Of a stretch of DNA of 64,000 nt, positions 19,741-28,982 are shown one piece after another (the first letter of the stretch is position 1; the number at the start of each line of letters is the position of its first letter). The translations under genes and the position numbers were made by a program. The notes under the pieces are model-generated. The model worked only from the letters and a program-made list of their open reading frames with translations, was not told where the DNA came from and searched no databases. The stretch comes from a virus: positions 13,041-77,040 of the IMG/VR virus record IMGVR_UViG_3300033553_000372; one strand, 5' to 3'.

Positions 19741-20172
19741 ATGATTAATCCAGAAAACCAATGTGCTCACCTTACGGATAAAGAAACTAAAAGTCTTTCA
19801 TTAAAAGAAATGTTTGATATGCAATTATCACTTCAACTAAATATGTTTGAAAGAGGCAGAGGTGTTGATTATGTTAATGGAACATTTAAAGAAAAGGTAG
19901 ATAATTTAACAATTCAAAAAAGAAACTTAGATACTGAGTTTGTTGAGTTAATTGAAAGACTTCCTTGGAAAGAGTGGAAAACATACTCTGCAGAACAATT
20001 ATCTGGTTGGACTTCAAAAGAACAAGAGCTTGAAACTAAGTTTGAATATGTAGATATGTTACATTTCTTCATTAACTTAGGACTATTAATTGGAATTTCA
20101 GCTGAAGAAGTTGGTCAATTATATTATTTAAAAAATAAAGAGAATTTCGATAGACAAGAAAGAGGATATTAA
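19741..20172 (+). CDS. dCTPase/dUTPase, T4 gp56-like (all-alpha NTP pyrophosphatase)
   Basis: NQCAHL, MFDMQ, WKEWK, KFEYVDMLHFFIN and YYLKNKENFDRQERGY closely match T4 gp56 as recalled (NECAHL; KFELVDIFHFVLN; YYLKNKHNFERQDNGY). Confidence 0.88.
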   Translation: MINPENQCAHLTDKETKSLSLKEMFDMQLSLQLNMFERGRGVDYVNGTFKEKVDNLTIQKRNLDTEFVELIERLPWKEWKTYSAEQLSGWTSKEQELETKFEYVDMLHFFINLGLLIGISAEEVGQLYYLKNKENFDRQERGY

Positions 20173-20188
20173 ACAATAGGAGTTATAT

Positions 20189-20545
20189 ATGGAAAATGTT
20201 AAAAAAGAAAAAGTAGCTAAAAAATCAAGATCAACTTACATTATTCAATGGTGGAACGAAGGATTTAAAACTAAAGCAGAAATCGCCACAAAACTTCATG
20301 AAATTGAAAATAACGGAACACTTGTTCAAAAGAAAACTTCTATTATAAGAGATGAAAAGTTTTTTGTTGGTGTTGCAAATTGGTATATCACGCAATTAGC
20401 AAGAGCTGGAAAGATTGATTATGTTGTTGCTGTTAGAAAACCAAGAGTAAAGAAAGCTGAAGCGCCAGTTGTTGAGGAAACTATTAAATCTGAAGATGTT
20501 ACTGTTGTATCTACTTCAGAAGAAACTGAAATTCCTACCTTGTAA
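20189..20545 (+). CDS. Hypothetical protein (basic N-terminus, acidic tail), possibly DNA-binding
   Basis: AGGAG RBS; composition only. Confidence 0.55.
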   Translation: MENVKKEKVAKKSRSTYIIQWWNEGFKTKAEIATKLHEIENNGTLVQKKTSIIRDEKFFVGVANWYITQLARAGKIDYVVAVRKPRVKKAEAPVVEETIKSEDVTVVSTSEETEIPTL

Positions 20546-20556
20546 TTTTTGGAGCA

Positions 20557-21057
20557 ATGATGATAGTTATTTGGATCGAAGGTGTAGACAATAGCGGAAA
20601 ATCAACCTTAGCTAAAAAGTTAATAGAAGCCTTTAATTTAGAATACATTCATTGCTCTAAACCAAAAACCGATAATCCGTTTTTAGAATATAAAGAAATG
20701 ATTCAACAAATTAATAAGCCCACAGTATTTGATAGAGGATATTGTGGCGAATTTGTTTATTCACAATTATGGAGAGGTGGACTATCTATGAAAATGGACG
20801 AGTTCCATCAATTAGATGATTTATGTAAAGAAAGATTTGGATTTAAAACCATTATTATTCATGCACAAGCTCCACTACATATCATAAAAGATAGGTGTAT
20901 TAAAGAAAAAGAAGACTTGCTTCAGTTAGATCAGATTGAAAAATGTCAGCACTTGTTTACTGAAATCATGTTTCATACAAAAATGCCAGTATTAGATTAC
21001 TTTTCTCATACTCAAGAGCCAAAAGATATAATCGAAAAGCTATCTGCATTTCTTTAA
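20557..21057 (+). CDS. Deoxynucleoside monophosphate kinase (thymidylate kinase fold)
   Basis: IEGVDNSGKST P-loop and FDR motif; sits between the dCTPase and the TS-fold gene. Confidence 0.85.
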   Translation: MMIVIWIEGVDNSGKSTLAKKLIEAFNLEYIHCSKPKTDNPFLEYKEMIQQINKPTVFDRGYCGEFVYSQLWRGGLSMKMDEFHQLDDLCKERFGFKTIIIHAQAPLHIIKDRCIKEKEDLLQLDQIEKCQHLFTEIMFHTKMPVLDYFSHTQEPKDIIEKLSAFL

Positions 21058-21084
21058 GTAATATAAAAATATTAAGGATTATAT

Positions 21085-22032
21085 ATGACAAACTATTCCA
21101 CTGTGTTTAGAAATTGTGTTACTGAAATTATGAATCATGGCGATGAAGTCTCACCAAGAGGACAACTAACTAAAGAAAAATTATCTCACACAATTAAAGT
21201 TAATCCATTAAAGAGTATTTTTTCATCTCCTATTAGAGAAATAAATCATTCATTCTTATTTGCTGAAAATTTATGGTACCTTTCTGGAAGAAATTCAATG
21301 TTTCTTCTAACTCATTATAATAAAAATTACCATAATTTTGCAGATGATTCTATATTACAAGGCGCCTATGGCCCAATGATATTAGAGCAAATTAGGTATA
21401 TTGTTAATACGCTTAAAAAGGACAATGATTCGAGACAAGCTGTAATTTCTTTGTGGAGACCTAATCCATCTGAAGCAAAAGATAAACCATGTACGCTCAA
21501 TTTTCATTTTATGATTCGCAATGGTCAACTTAATCTTCATGTTACTATGAGATCAAATGATGCTGTTTGGGGACAAAATTATGATGTTCCATCTTTTAGC
21601 TTACTTTTATTAGTGATAGCTGGATCTCTTGCTGTCAAACCAGGACATTTATATTTAACGGCTAATAGTTTACATATATACGAAAAACACTTTGAATTAG
21701 CTAACGAAATAAAAAATTCTCAAGATTCTGATTATAAAGATGTAGAGTTTATTGAAGCACCAAATGAAACGCTTGAATGTCAACTATATTATGTTGAACA
21801 ATGCATCATGGCTCATTATCTTTTAGTTTCAAATAATTTTGATTTATTGAAATTTAATTCATTACCAAATTTTTACAAACAATATGTTGGAGCTATGGCT
21901 TATCATATTCAACATAAAGTTAAATCAGAAATATTAGTAGAAGATATTATCTATTATATTAGTGACGCAAATAGTTCTTTAGGTAATATGTTCAATGACA
22001 AATATAAATCGTACTTACTCAAATCTAAATAA
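21085..22032 (+). CDS. Thymidylate-synthase-fold enzyme, probable dCMP hydroxymethylase
   Basis: E..W, YG, SRQA, catalytic PC, MRSND..WG..YD (Asp where dUMP enzymes have Asn), SLHIY. Confidence 0.8.
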   Translation: MTNYSTVFRNCVTEIMNHGDEVSPRGQLTKEKLSHTIKVNPLKSIFSSPIREINHSFLFAENLWYLSGRNSMFLLTHYNKNYHNFADDSILQGAYGPMILEQIRYIVNTLKKDNDSRQAVISLWRPNPSEAKDKPCTLNFHFMIRNGQLNLHVTMRSNDAVWGQNYDVPSFSLLLLVIAGSLAVKPGHLYLTANSLHIYEKHFELANEIKNSQDSDYKDVEFIEAPNETLECQLYYVEQCIMAHYLLVSNNFDLLKFNSLPNFYKQYVGAMAYHIQHKVKSEILVEDIIYYISDANSSLGNMFNDKYKSYLLKSK

Positions 22033-25000
22033 TAAAAGCCATTTTTCTTGTGGAATTGGTATTGGTAAACCAATAGAGATTATCAATAAAGCAAAAGAAA
22101 AAGGTCTTAGTGGTATAGCTATAACAGACAGGTATACTATCGCCGGACTTCTTGATTTTTATTTTCTAGCAAAAAAAGAAAAATTTCCACTTGCTTTAGG
22201 TGTAGAACTTTTCTTTTTCGATTATTCTAATAAGATAAATAGAATTATTTTGATTGCTAAAAATCAAGAAGGATATTTTAATCTTTGTAAATTAGTTTCT
22301 TCTTCTCATAATAATATAGATATGCATAAAGTTCCTTGTGTTTCTTTTTACGATCTTAATGAATTTAAAGATTCACTTTATTGCTTAATAGACAATCATG
22401 ATTATCATAAAATATTAGAGCCTATCTTTAAAGAAAATTTAATATATGAAATTATTCTTGATAGTGATCATATTGACAAAAATAAATCTATTATAGAAAG
22501 CGGTAATAAATTCGTAATAACTTCAGACGCATTTATTCCTGATGAGACATTTAAAATACTTCAAGACATTATGATAGATAATGCATCATTTAATTCTACA
22601 AAAGAAGTTTTCACAGAGTCTAAACATATTTTATCCTTTAATGAATTAGTAGAAAAATGGAAGAATCATATAGATTACTTTCCAGCCCAAAAGTTTATAG
22701 AAGGAATCGACTTATCAAATTTAATATTAAATGAATGCTCAAAAATAGAATTAAAATTTAATGATCAAGTTGTAAATTTCCCACACCTCCTTCATCCATT
22801 TAATTTAGAAGGACATTCAAAAACAGAATTAGTTTGGAAAATTGCTAAAGAATATGGTAGACTTCAAGATAATTCTATCTATAGAGAAAGATTTGAATTT
22901 GAAATGGATGCTATTCAGAATAATGGTCGAGTAGATTTAATAGATTATTTTTTAGTTTTAGAGGATTTGTGTCGCTGGTGTAGAGAAAATGGAGTCATGG
23001 TTGGGCCTGGAAGAGGTTCTGGAGCTGGATCATTAGTTAACTATTGTCTTAAAATAACTCACCTAGATCCAATAAAATATAATTTGCTGTTTGAAAGATT
23101 TATCTCTAAAGGTCGTATTCAAATGGGTACGTTACCAGATATTGATTTAGATTTTTCTCACCCAGATAAAGCGAGAGAATATTTAATTGAAAAATATGGA
23201 TATGATAGAGTCATAAGAATAGGAACTGCTCAAACACTAAAAGCAGCTGGATCAGTTAAAGATGTAGCTAAGTTTTTAAATCCAGAATTAGATTTTATGA
23301 CAATTAATAATATCACAAGAACTTTTGGTGTTAAAGACCAAGATGAAACTGAGCTTCAATTCTTTGAAAGAAACTGTAATGAAAATGATGTTGCTAAATT
23401 ATTTTTTGACCAATATCCACAAATCAAAGAAAACGTTGGTAGATTATTAGGATACAATAGACAATATGGAACTCATCCCTGTTTTAGTGGCGATTCAACT
23501 ATACTTACAGATGAAGGTTTTAAATCTTTTAGTGAACTCAATGGTTCAATAAAGAAGGTTTTAACACCAGATGGTTGGAAAGAAGCTATTTTTTTTACAA
23601 ATGGATATAAAGATATTAACGTATTTAAATTTAAAAGTAAGCAATTATCTAACAAATCTTATTACACAAAAAATACTGAAGATCATTTATTTTTAAATAA
23701 CAAAAATGAATTTGAGAATTTATCCTCGAATTTTATTCCTTCTCAATTATTAGCTAACGATTTCGATAGATTATTTATTCTTTTAGGTTGGTTATGGAAT
23801 GATGGAACATATTTAAAAAATAAGAAGAGATTTTTTCTTTATCTTACAAAAGAAAAAGATGAGGCGATTTTATCATTATTAAATGAGAACGATTACGAGA
23901 TTACAAATAGATCTGATAGAGTGCTATTATCGCTAGAACTATCTAAACAAATTTTTAATTTAGGTTATTGCTGTGAATTAGTTAGAAATAAAACTTTTCC
24001 TATTAATTGGAATATTTGGACTTTAAAACAAAAGTTCTCTTGGTTAAGGGGTATGTTTAGTGCCAATGGCTGTGTGATCAGGTCTGCAATAACATTAAAG
24101 CTCACATCTATTCCTCTTATACAAGAAATTCATAATTTTTTAAAGGAAAATAAATACGTTAATGTTAAGCTTGGAATTGGAACTCAAGATTTAAAAGGTT
24201 GGAAATCTAGACCAACAGGAAGCTTTTATTTATCATTTTATGGTAATTGTCTTTTTTCTAAAACGATAGGGTTTTTACAAGAATATAAAAATTTAAAGAT
24301 TTATAATAAAATATCTTATATAAATAAAGAATTAATAATAGAAAATCAATTAGTATATGACTTTACTGTATTAGATGGATCTTGTCCTATTGGTTTAGTT
24401 AATGGATTATGGGCTCACAATTGTGGAATAGCTATAACACAAGATCCATTATTTAATTTTGCTCCACTAAGAAAAGTAAAAGGACAACATGTTTTAGAAT
24501 TTTCTGCAAAAAGTTGTGAATTATCTGGCATTATTAAATACGATATACTTGGACTAATGACATTATTATTTTTACAAAATTGTTGTGAATTAGTAGGCAT
24601 CGACGATATATATGATATACCACTAGACGATAAAGAAACATTTAAAGGCTTTATTGATGGACTAACAGCTGGAACATTTCAGTTTAATTCAGATGTAGCA
24701 ATAAATATTTTATCTCATCTCCCTTTAGAATTAATGAATCTTGATTTATTGTCAATGACAACTTCAGTTGGTAGACCTGGTCCAATGAAGAATCATCAAC
24801 ACGTTGAATTTTACAAGAGAGTTTTAGGAGATAAATTTTCTAGTCCGCCACATCCAGCTTTAGAAGAAGAATTGAGAGGAACTTATGGTATTATGATTTA
24901 TCAAGAATCTGTAATGAAGGCTTCACAAATTCTTGGAGGATTCACTTTAGCAGAAGCAGATGATATTAGAAAAGCAATGGGTAAAAAAGATCCAAAAGTT

Positions 25001-25990
25001 CTCATACCATATAAAGAAAGATTTATTAATCACTGTTTTCTAAAGTATCCAGAAACTAAATTTGATTTTTATGATAGTGATGGAAACAAAGTTTCTACTG
25101 TTGGAGAACATATATGGGAACTAATGGCTACTTTCTCAGCTTATGGATTCAATAAGTCTCATTCAATGTCATATGCATTAATAGGTTACTATTGTCAATA
25201 TTTAAAAACGCATTATCCAATTCAATGGTGGATCAGTTGTTTTAAATTTGTAGATTCAGAAAAATTAAGAGAATATTATTCTGTTGCAAAAGAATATTGT
25301 GTTGATCCAGATATTAATTTATCTGAGATGGATTACATTATAAATAAAAATAATAAAATTCAGTTTCCATTTTCTTCTATAAAAGGATTAGGTCCTAAAG
25401 CAACAGAAGAAATTTATAAATGTAGACCATTCGTTTCATTTGATGATTTTATAACTAGAGTAAATAAAACTAGAGTAAATAAAACTGTAGTTCAGCAGCT
25501 TATATTCTCAGGTTGCTTTGAATCTCTACATCCAAATCAAACTCAAATACTAATAGATCAATATTTTATAAGTAGAAAAGAAAAGACTCCACCTGAATTA
25601 ACAGCTTTAGATAAATTTCAATTAAAAGAAAAAAGGGTAAATGCGTTATCATTTCTACAAGATGATCTTTATGATACATATGTCGATAGATATAGCGATA
25701 CATTTACCACATATGATCAAGCATTGATTGAAAATAAAGCTCGAAAGTTTATTAATATATTAGGTACTATAAAGAAAATAACTTTAAAGAAGACTAAAAC
25801 TAATAAAGCATTTGGAACTGTTGAGGTTGAAAATGCAGGTGAAACTTTAAAACTTAGAATATGGGAAGATGAGATAGATTTCTACAAAGAAACTTTAAAA
25901 GATAAAGTAAGAGTTAAAATTAAATGTGGAGTTTCTGGATATAATGGAACAGTTCAATTAACATTAGTAAGTATGGAGATATTAAAATGA
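21995..25990 (+). CDS. dnaE: DNA polymerase III alpha subunit (family C) containing an intein
   Basis: PHP-like N-terminus, GPGRGSGAGS, PDIDLDF, KYDILGL, YQE, GFNKSH, C-terminal OB fold. Confidence 0.95.
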   Translation: MTNINRTYSNLNNKSHFSCGIGIGKPIEIINKAKEKGLSGIAITDRYTIAGLLDFYFLAKKEKFPLALGVELFFFDYSNKINRIILIAKNQEGYFNLCKLVSSSHNNIDMHKVPCVSFYDLNEFKDSLYCLIDNHDYHKILEPIFKENLIYEIILDSDHIDKNKSIIESGNKFVITSDAFIPDETFKILQDIMIDNASFNSTKEVFTESKHILSFNELVEKWKNHIDYFPAQKFIEGIDLSNLILNECSKIELKFNDQVVNFPHLLHPFNLEGHSKTELVWKIAKEYGRLQDNSIYRERFEFEMDAIQNNGRVDLIDYFLVLEDLCRWCRENGVMVGPGRGSGAGSLVNYCLKITHLDPIKYNLLFERFISKGRIQMGTLPDIDLDFSHPDKAREYLIEKYGYDRVIRIGTAQTLKAAGSVKDVAKFLNPELDFMTINNITRTFGVKDQDETELQFFERNCNENDVAKLFFDQYPQIKENVGRLLGYNRQYGTHPCFSGDSTILTDEGFKSFSELNGSIKKVLTPDGWKEAIFFTNGYKDINVFKFKSKQLSNKSYYTKNTEDHLFLNNKNEFENLSSNFIPSQLLANDFDRLFILLGWLWNDGTYLKNKKRFFLYLTKEKDEAILSLLNENDYEITNRSDRVLLSLELSKQIFNLGYCCELVRNKTFPINWNIWTLKQKFSWLRGMFSANGCVIRSAITLKLTSIPLIQEIHNFLKENKYVNVKLGIGTQDLKGWKSRPTGSFYLSFYGNCLFSKTIGFLQEYKNLKIYNKISYINKELIIENQLVYDFTVLDGSCPIGLVNGLWAHNCGIAITQDPLFNFAPLRKVKGQHVLEFSAKSCELSGIIKYDILGLMTLLFLQNCCELVGIDDIYDIPLDDKETFKGFIDGLTAGTFQFNSDVAINILSHLPLELMNLDLLSMTTSVGRPGPMKNHQHVEFYKRVLGDKFSSPPHPALEEELRGTYGIMIYQESVMKASQILGGFTLAEADDIRKAMGKKDPKVLIPYKERFINHCFLKYPETKFDFYDSDGNKVSTVGEHIWELMATFSAYGFNKSHSMSYALIGYYCQYLKTHYPIQWWISCFKFVDSEKLREYYSVAKEYCVDPDINLSEMDYIINKNNKIQFPFSSIKGLGPKATEEIYKCRPFVSFDDFITRVNKTRVNKTVVQQLIFSGCFESLHPNQTQILIDQYFISRKEKTPPELTALDKFQLKEKRVNALSFLQDDLYDTYVDRYSDTFTTYDQALIENKARKFINILGTIKKITLKKTKTNKAFGTVEVENAGETLKLRIWEDEIDFYKETLKDKVRVKIKCGVSGYNGTVQLTLVSMEILK
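23480..24421 (+). mobile_element. Intein (314 aa) with LAGLIDADG homing endonuclease domain in DnaE
   Basis: Begins CFSGDS after extein GTHP and ends NGLWAHN before a +1 Cys (CGIAI); VYDFTV block F; LAGLIDADG-like LGWLWNDG and LRGMFSANG. Confidence 0.93.
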
Positions 25991-26538
25991 GTGTAGAACA
26001 AGAATTAATAGATGAAATGAAAAAAATTAATCTTCATTTGAATATGAAGCCTTCAAAAATTGAAGGTAATTTTTTAATTGTTGAATGTGATATAGATACT
26101 AAAATAGAATTAGAATGGATTGAAAAGATTTCTCTTGAAAAAATTACAAAGAGAAATTCTAAATTCTATGTTTGGTTTAAAACAACAGATACTACTACAA
26201 CTATATATTTCGCAACTGAAGTTCCAAAAGATTTCTTTTTAACTCACTGTATCTCAGAAACAATTATAGCAACTACATTTCCAGACTTATGTTGGATTCA
26301 TTCAGATGGAACAACTCCAGAAAATGTTAATGAAATTGCTACAAAGATGAGAGAAGGAAAAGAGTATAAAACAGGTGATTTAACTTGGCATCTTCCTTCT
26401 AAATATTTAGATGATCTTATTGAGATGCTCCACACTATTAATCCAAGCTTTATGTCTGGATTAATGCAAGATGGATTACTTTATGGACCATATGTAAAAT
26501 CAGCAATTAACTTTAACCAAGCTCAAGTCGAGCTATAA
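25987..26538 (+). CDS. Hypothetical protein in replication cluster
   Basis: GGAG RBS; ATGA overlap with dnaE. Confidence 0.6.
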   Translation: MSVEQELIDEMKKINLHLNMKPSKIEGNFLIVECDIDTKIELEWIEKISLEKITKRNSKFYVWFKTTDTTTTIYFATEVPKDFFLTHCISETIIATTFPDLCWIHSDGTTPENVNEIATKMREGKEYKTGDLTWHLPSKYLDDLIEMLHTINPSFMSGLMQDGLLYGPYVKSAINFNQAQVEL

Positions 26539-26549
26539 TAGGAGAATTT

Positions 26550-27434
26550 ATGAGTACAGAATTTTACGGATTTTCAGATGACATGTTTACATCTTCACAG
26601 AAGATTCAATTTCACAGTTTTAAAAATGGACAACATAAGTTTAGATTGTTGCCACCATATGCTCCAGGAAAAATGTTTGAACAAGTTGGTCTTCACTGGG
26701 GATACACAGATGAAAACAATAGAGTAAAAGCTTTAAAGTGCACAAAGTTTTCTCATAAGTTTTGTCCAATTTGTGACGAAGTTGAAAAAATGAATGGTCA
26801 AATTGAAATGATCAAAACTGGAGCAACGGCTTATCCAAACATTAAAGAAGCTGAAGAAGCAATTGGTGTTATTTTAAAAAGAGCTTCAGATATTAAAAGA
26901 AAGCCTACATATCTTTGGAACATTCTTACAGAAAATGGAGAACAAAAAGTTCTTTCTTTATCTTGGAACGGTCATGATCCACTTTATAATAAAGTAAAAT
27001 TATTCTGGGAGCAGAAAAAAATTAACGTAACTAATCCAAATGAGAATTACTTACTGTTTTGTGAAAGATCTGGTCAAGCAGCAAAAACAAGATACACTTA
27101 TGAAGTTTTAGATAATACGACTAGAAAATTAGAAGGTGTCTCTTCTCTAACAGATTTATCAAAAGTTTATAGAGACTACACTCCTTCAGAGCTTCAATTA
27201 ATTGTAGACCAAGGTCATGCTTCAAATCCAACCGAAGATCCAAATGATAGAAATTTTGCTGCTAATATGCCAAGCGGAATGAATCAAACAACTACACAGT
27301 CAACTGTTGCTCAAACAACTGTTGTTGCTCAACAATTTGCTACCACTCCTCCTCCAGCAGCTCCAGTTCCAACTGAATCTGTAAATGATACTGTAGCTCA
27401 AGAATTAGCAAATATGAAAGCATTATTAGGATAA
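26550..27434 (+). CDS. Single-stranded DNA-binding protein, T4 gp32-like
   Basis: FRLLPP, H...C...CPIC zinc site, low-complexity C-terminal tail, position upstream of recombination genes. Confidence 0.75.
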   Translation: MSTEFYGFSDDMFTSSQKIQFHSFKNGQHKFRLLPPYAPGKMFEQVGLHWGYTDENNRVKALKCTKFSHKFCPICDEVEKMNGQIEMIKTGATAYPNIKEAEEAIGVILKRASDIKRKPTYLWNILTENGEQKVLSLSWNGHDPLYNKVKLFWEQKKINVTNPNENYLLFCERSGQAAKTRYTYEVLDNTTRKLEGVSSLTDLSKVYRDYTPSELQLIVDQGHASNPTEDPNDRNFAANMPSGMNQTTTQSTVAQTTVVAQQFATTPPPAAPVPTESVNDTVAQELANMKALLG

Positions 27435-27442
27435 GGTGAATT

Positions 27443-27880
27443 ATGTATTTTCGTAAATATAAAAACTATGAAGACTTTTATGCTCAAAATCAGACTAAGT
27501 TTGATTGTGTTCAAATGGCAGCTGCAAAAATGAAATCAGTCAATGAGTTATCTCAAACTGGATCTGCTTTAGCAGAGTCTGAGAAGTTAACTTTTGATTT
27601 TTTGAACTTATCTAGTTTGTGTAGTGATTTATTGTTTGGCTTATCTTCTTCAGTTTTGGACGCAAAGTCTGATTATAAAAAAATAGAAGGAGTTTTCCAT
27701 AGAGCATCAGAAGAAAAATCTGTAGCAGCAAAAGAAAAACTTTGTCAATGTGATCCAGATTTTGTTGAATCCCATAAAAGGTTTAATGAGCTGACAGACA
27801 TTTTTGAATACATCACAAATAAGAAAAGAGATTTTGATGCTGCATACTATTATTATCGCAATATGAATTCAGATAAATAA
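27443..27880 (+). CDS. Putative recombination mediator (UvsY-like)
   Basis: 145-aa all-helical protein between SSB and RecA; inferred from size and synteny. Confidence 0.45.
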   Translation: MYFRKYKNYEDFYAQNQTKFDCVQMAAAKMKSVNELSQTGSALAESEKLTFDFLNLSSLCSDLLFGLSSSVLDAKSDYKKIEGVFHRASEEKSVAAKEKLCQCDPDFVESHKRFNELTDIFEYITNKKRDFDAAYYYYRNMNSDK

Positions 27881-27890
27881 GGAAAATAAT

Positions 27891-28982
27891 ATGGAAGAAA
27901 AACCTAACCTATTCGGTACCCTCTTGAAAAAAGAGGGTTTTTATAAAGCATCAACAATAGTTCAAGACTTAGTTTTAAAAGTTCCACCAAGGGCTCCAGC
28001 TTTTTCTTCTTCTCCAAGTTTAGCTTGGATGAGTTCAGTTGGATTTGAAGCCGGAACTATGTCGCTTTGGTTTGGACCAAAGTCTTCTGGTAAGACAATG
28101 TTAGTTCTAGATCTCATGAAAGATTTTATGAGACAAGAGCTAGATGCTGTAGCTGTTTTTATTGACGCTGAAATGTCATTTGAATTTGAAGCAACATTAA
28201 GATGGATGGCTGCAAATGGAATTGATCTTGATAGAGTTTTAGTTATAAGAGAAGTCTGTATTATGGAAATTTTCGAAACTAAAGTTTTAAAAGAATTAAA
28301 TCTTGCTATAAAAAATGAAGGAGTTAAGATTTGCTTTATGGCTGCCGACTCAATCCAAGCAATGTCTGTAATGAAAATTCCAGACACAGAAGCTCAAATT
28401 AATAAAGCAGCAAAAGATGGAGCCTTAACAAAAGCCGATTATGGAAAGAGAGCAAACTACTTAGCAAAGATATTTCCATTCTTGAGAATGTTTTGTAGAG
28501 ATAATCGTATCCATTTAGCCTTTATTGGACAAGCAAGATCAGGTGGAGAAGATACGTTTGGAAATCAAATATGGGAAACAAATGGTGGAGAAGCCCTTTA
28601 TCATGAAGTTCAATATAGATTTTTAATTACTCCAGCTGGTGAGCCAATATTCCATTCTACAGATTTAGATGCAAACGGTAAGCCTGTAAAAATAGGTCAC
28701 CAAATAAAATGTATCTGCCAAAAGAATAAAATGGGTGAAGGTCAAGATAGAGTCGGTTGGATTAATATCGAATATATGAAAGGCGTAGTTAATAAAGAAA
28801 ATGAACTCGTTGACATTTGTTCTAAATTGTCTATCATTGAAGGTGGTGGAGCTTGGCTTAATTACAATGGATCTAAGTACAATGGATCTAAAAAGATGGC
28901 TGAAGCTTTAAGAGAAGATCCATTGCTTTATAGAGAACTATTTAACAAAATGATGATGAGAGCATCTACCGGAGCAACATGA
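27891..28982 (+). CDS. recA: RecA/UvsX recombinase
   Basis: GPKSSGKT, FIDAE, DS, GG.AL, KNK, GAW. Confidence 0.9.
   Translation: MEEKPNLFGTLLKKEGFYKASTIVQDLVLKVPPRAPAFSSSPSLAWMSSVGFEAGTMSLWFGPKSSGKTMLVLDLMKDFMRQELDAVAVFIDAEMSFEFEATLRWMAANGIDLDRVLVIREVCIMEIFETKVLKELNLAIKNEGVKICFMAADSIQAMSVMKIPDTEAQINKAAKDGALTKADYGKRANYLAKIFPFLRMFCRDNRIHLAFIGQARSGGEDTFGNQIWETNGGEALYHEVQYRFLITPAGEPIFHSTDLDANGKPVKIGHQIKCICQKNKMGEGQDRVGWINIEYMKGVVNKENELVDICSKLSIIEGGGAWLNYNGSKYNGSKKMAEALREDPLLYRELFNKMMMRASTGAT

Noticed and set aside
21085-22032. Canonical thymidylate synthase (thyA) or dUMP hydroxymethylase (hmU pathway)
   Set aside because: The specificity position is Asp, not Asn, and the neighbouring gp56-like dCTPase plus the BGT homolog point to cytosine. 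Not fully excluded without an assay.
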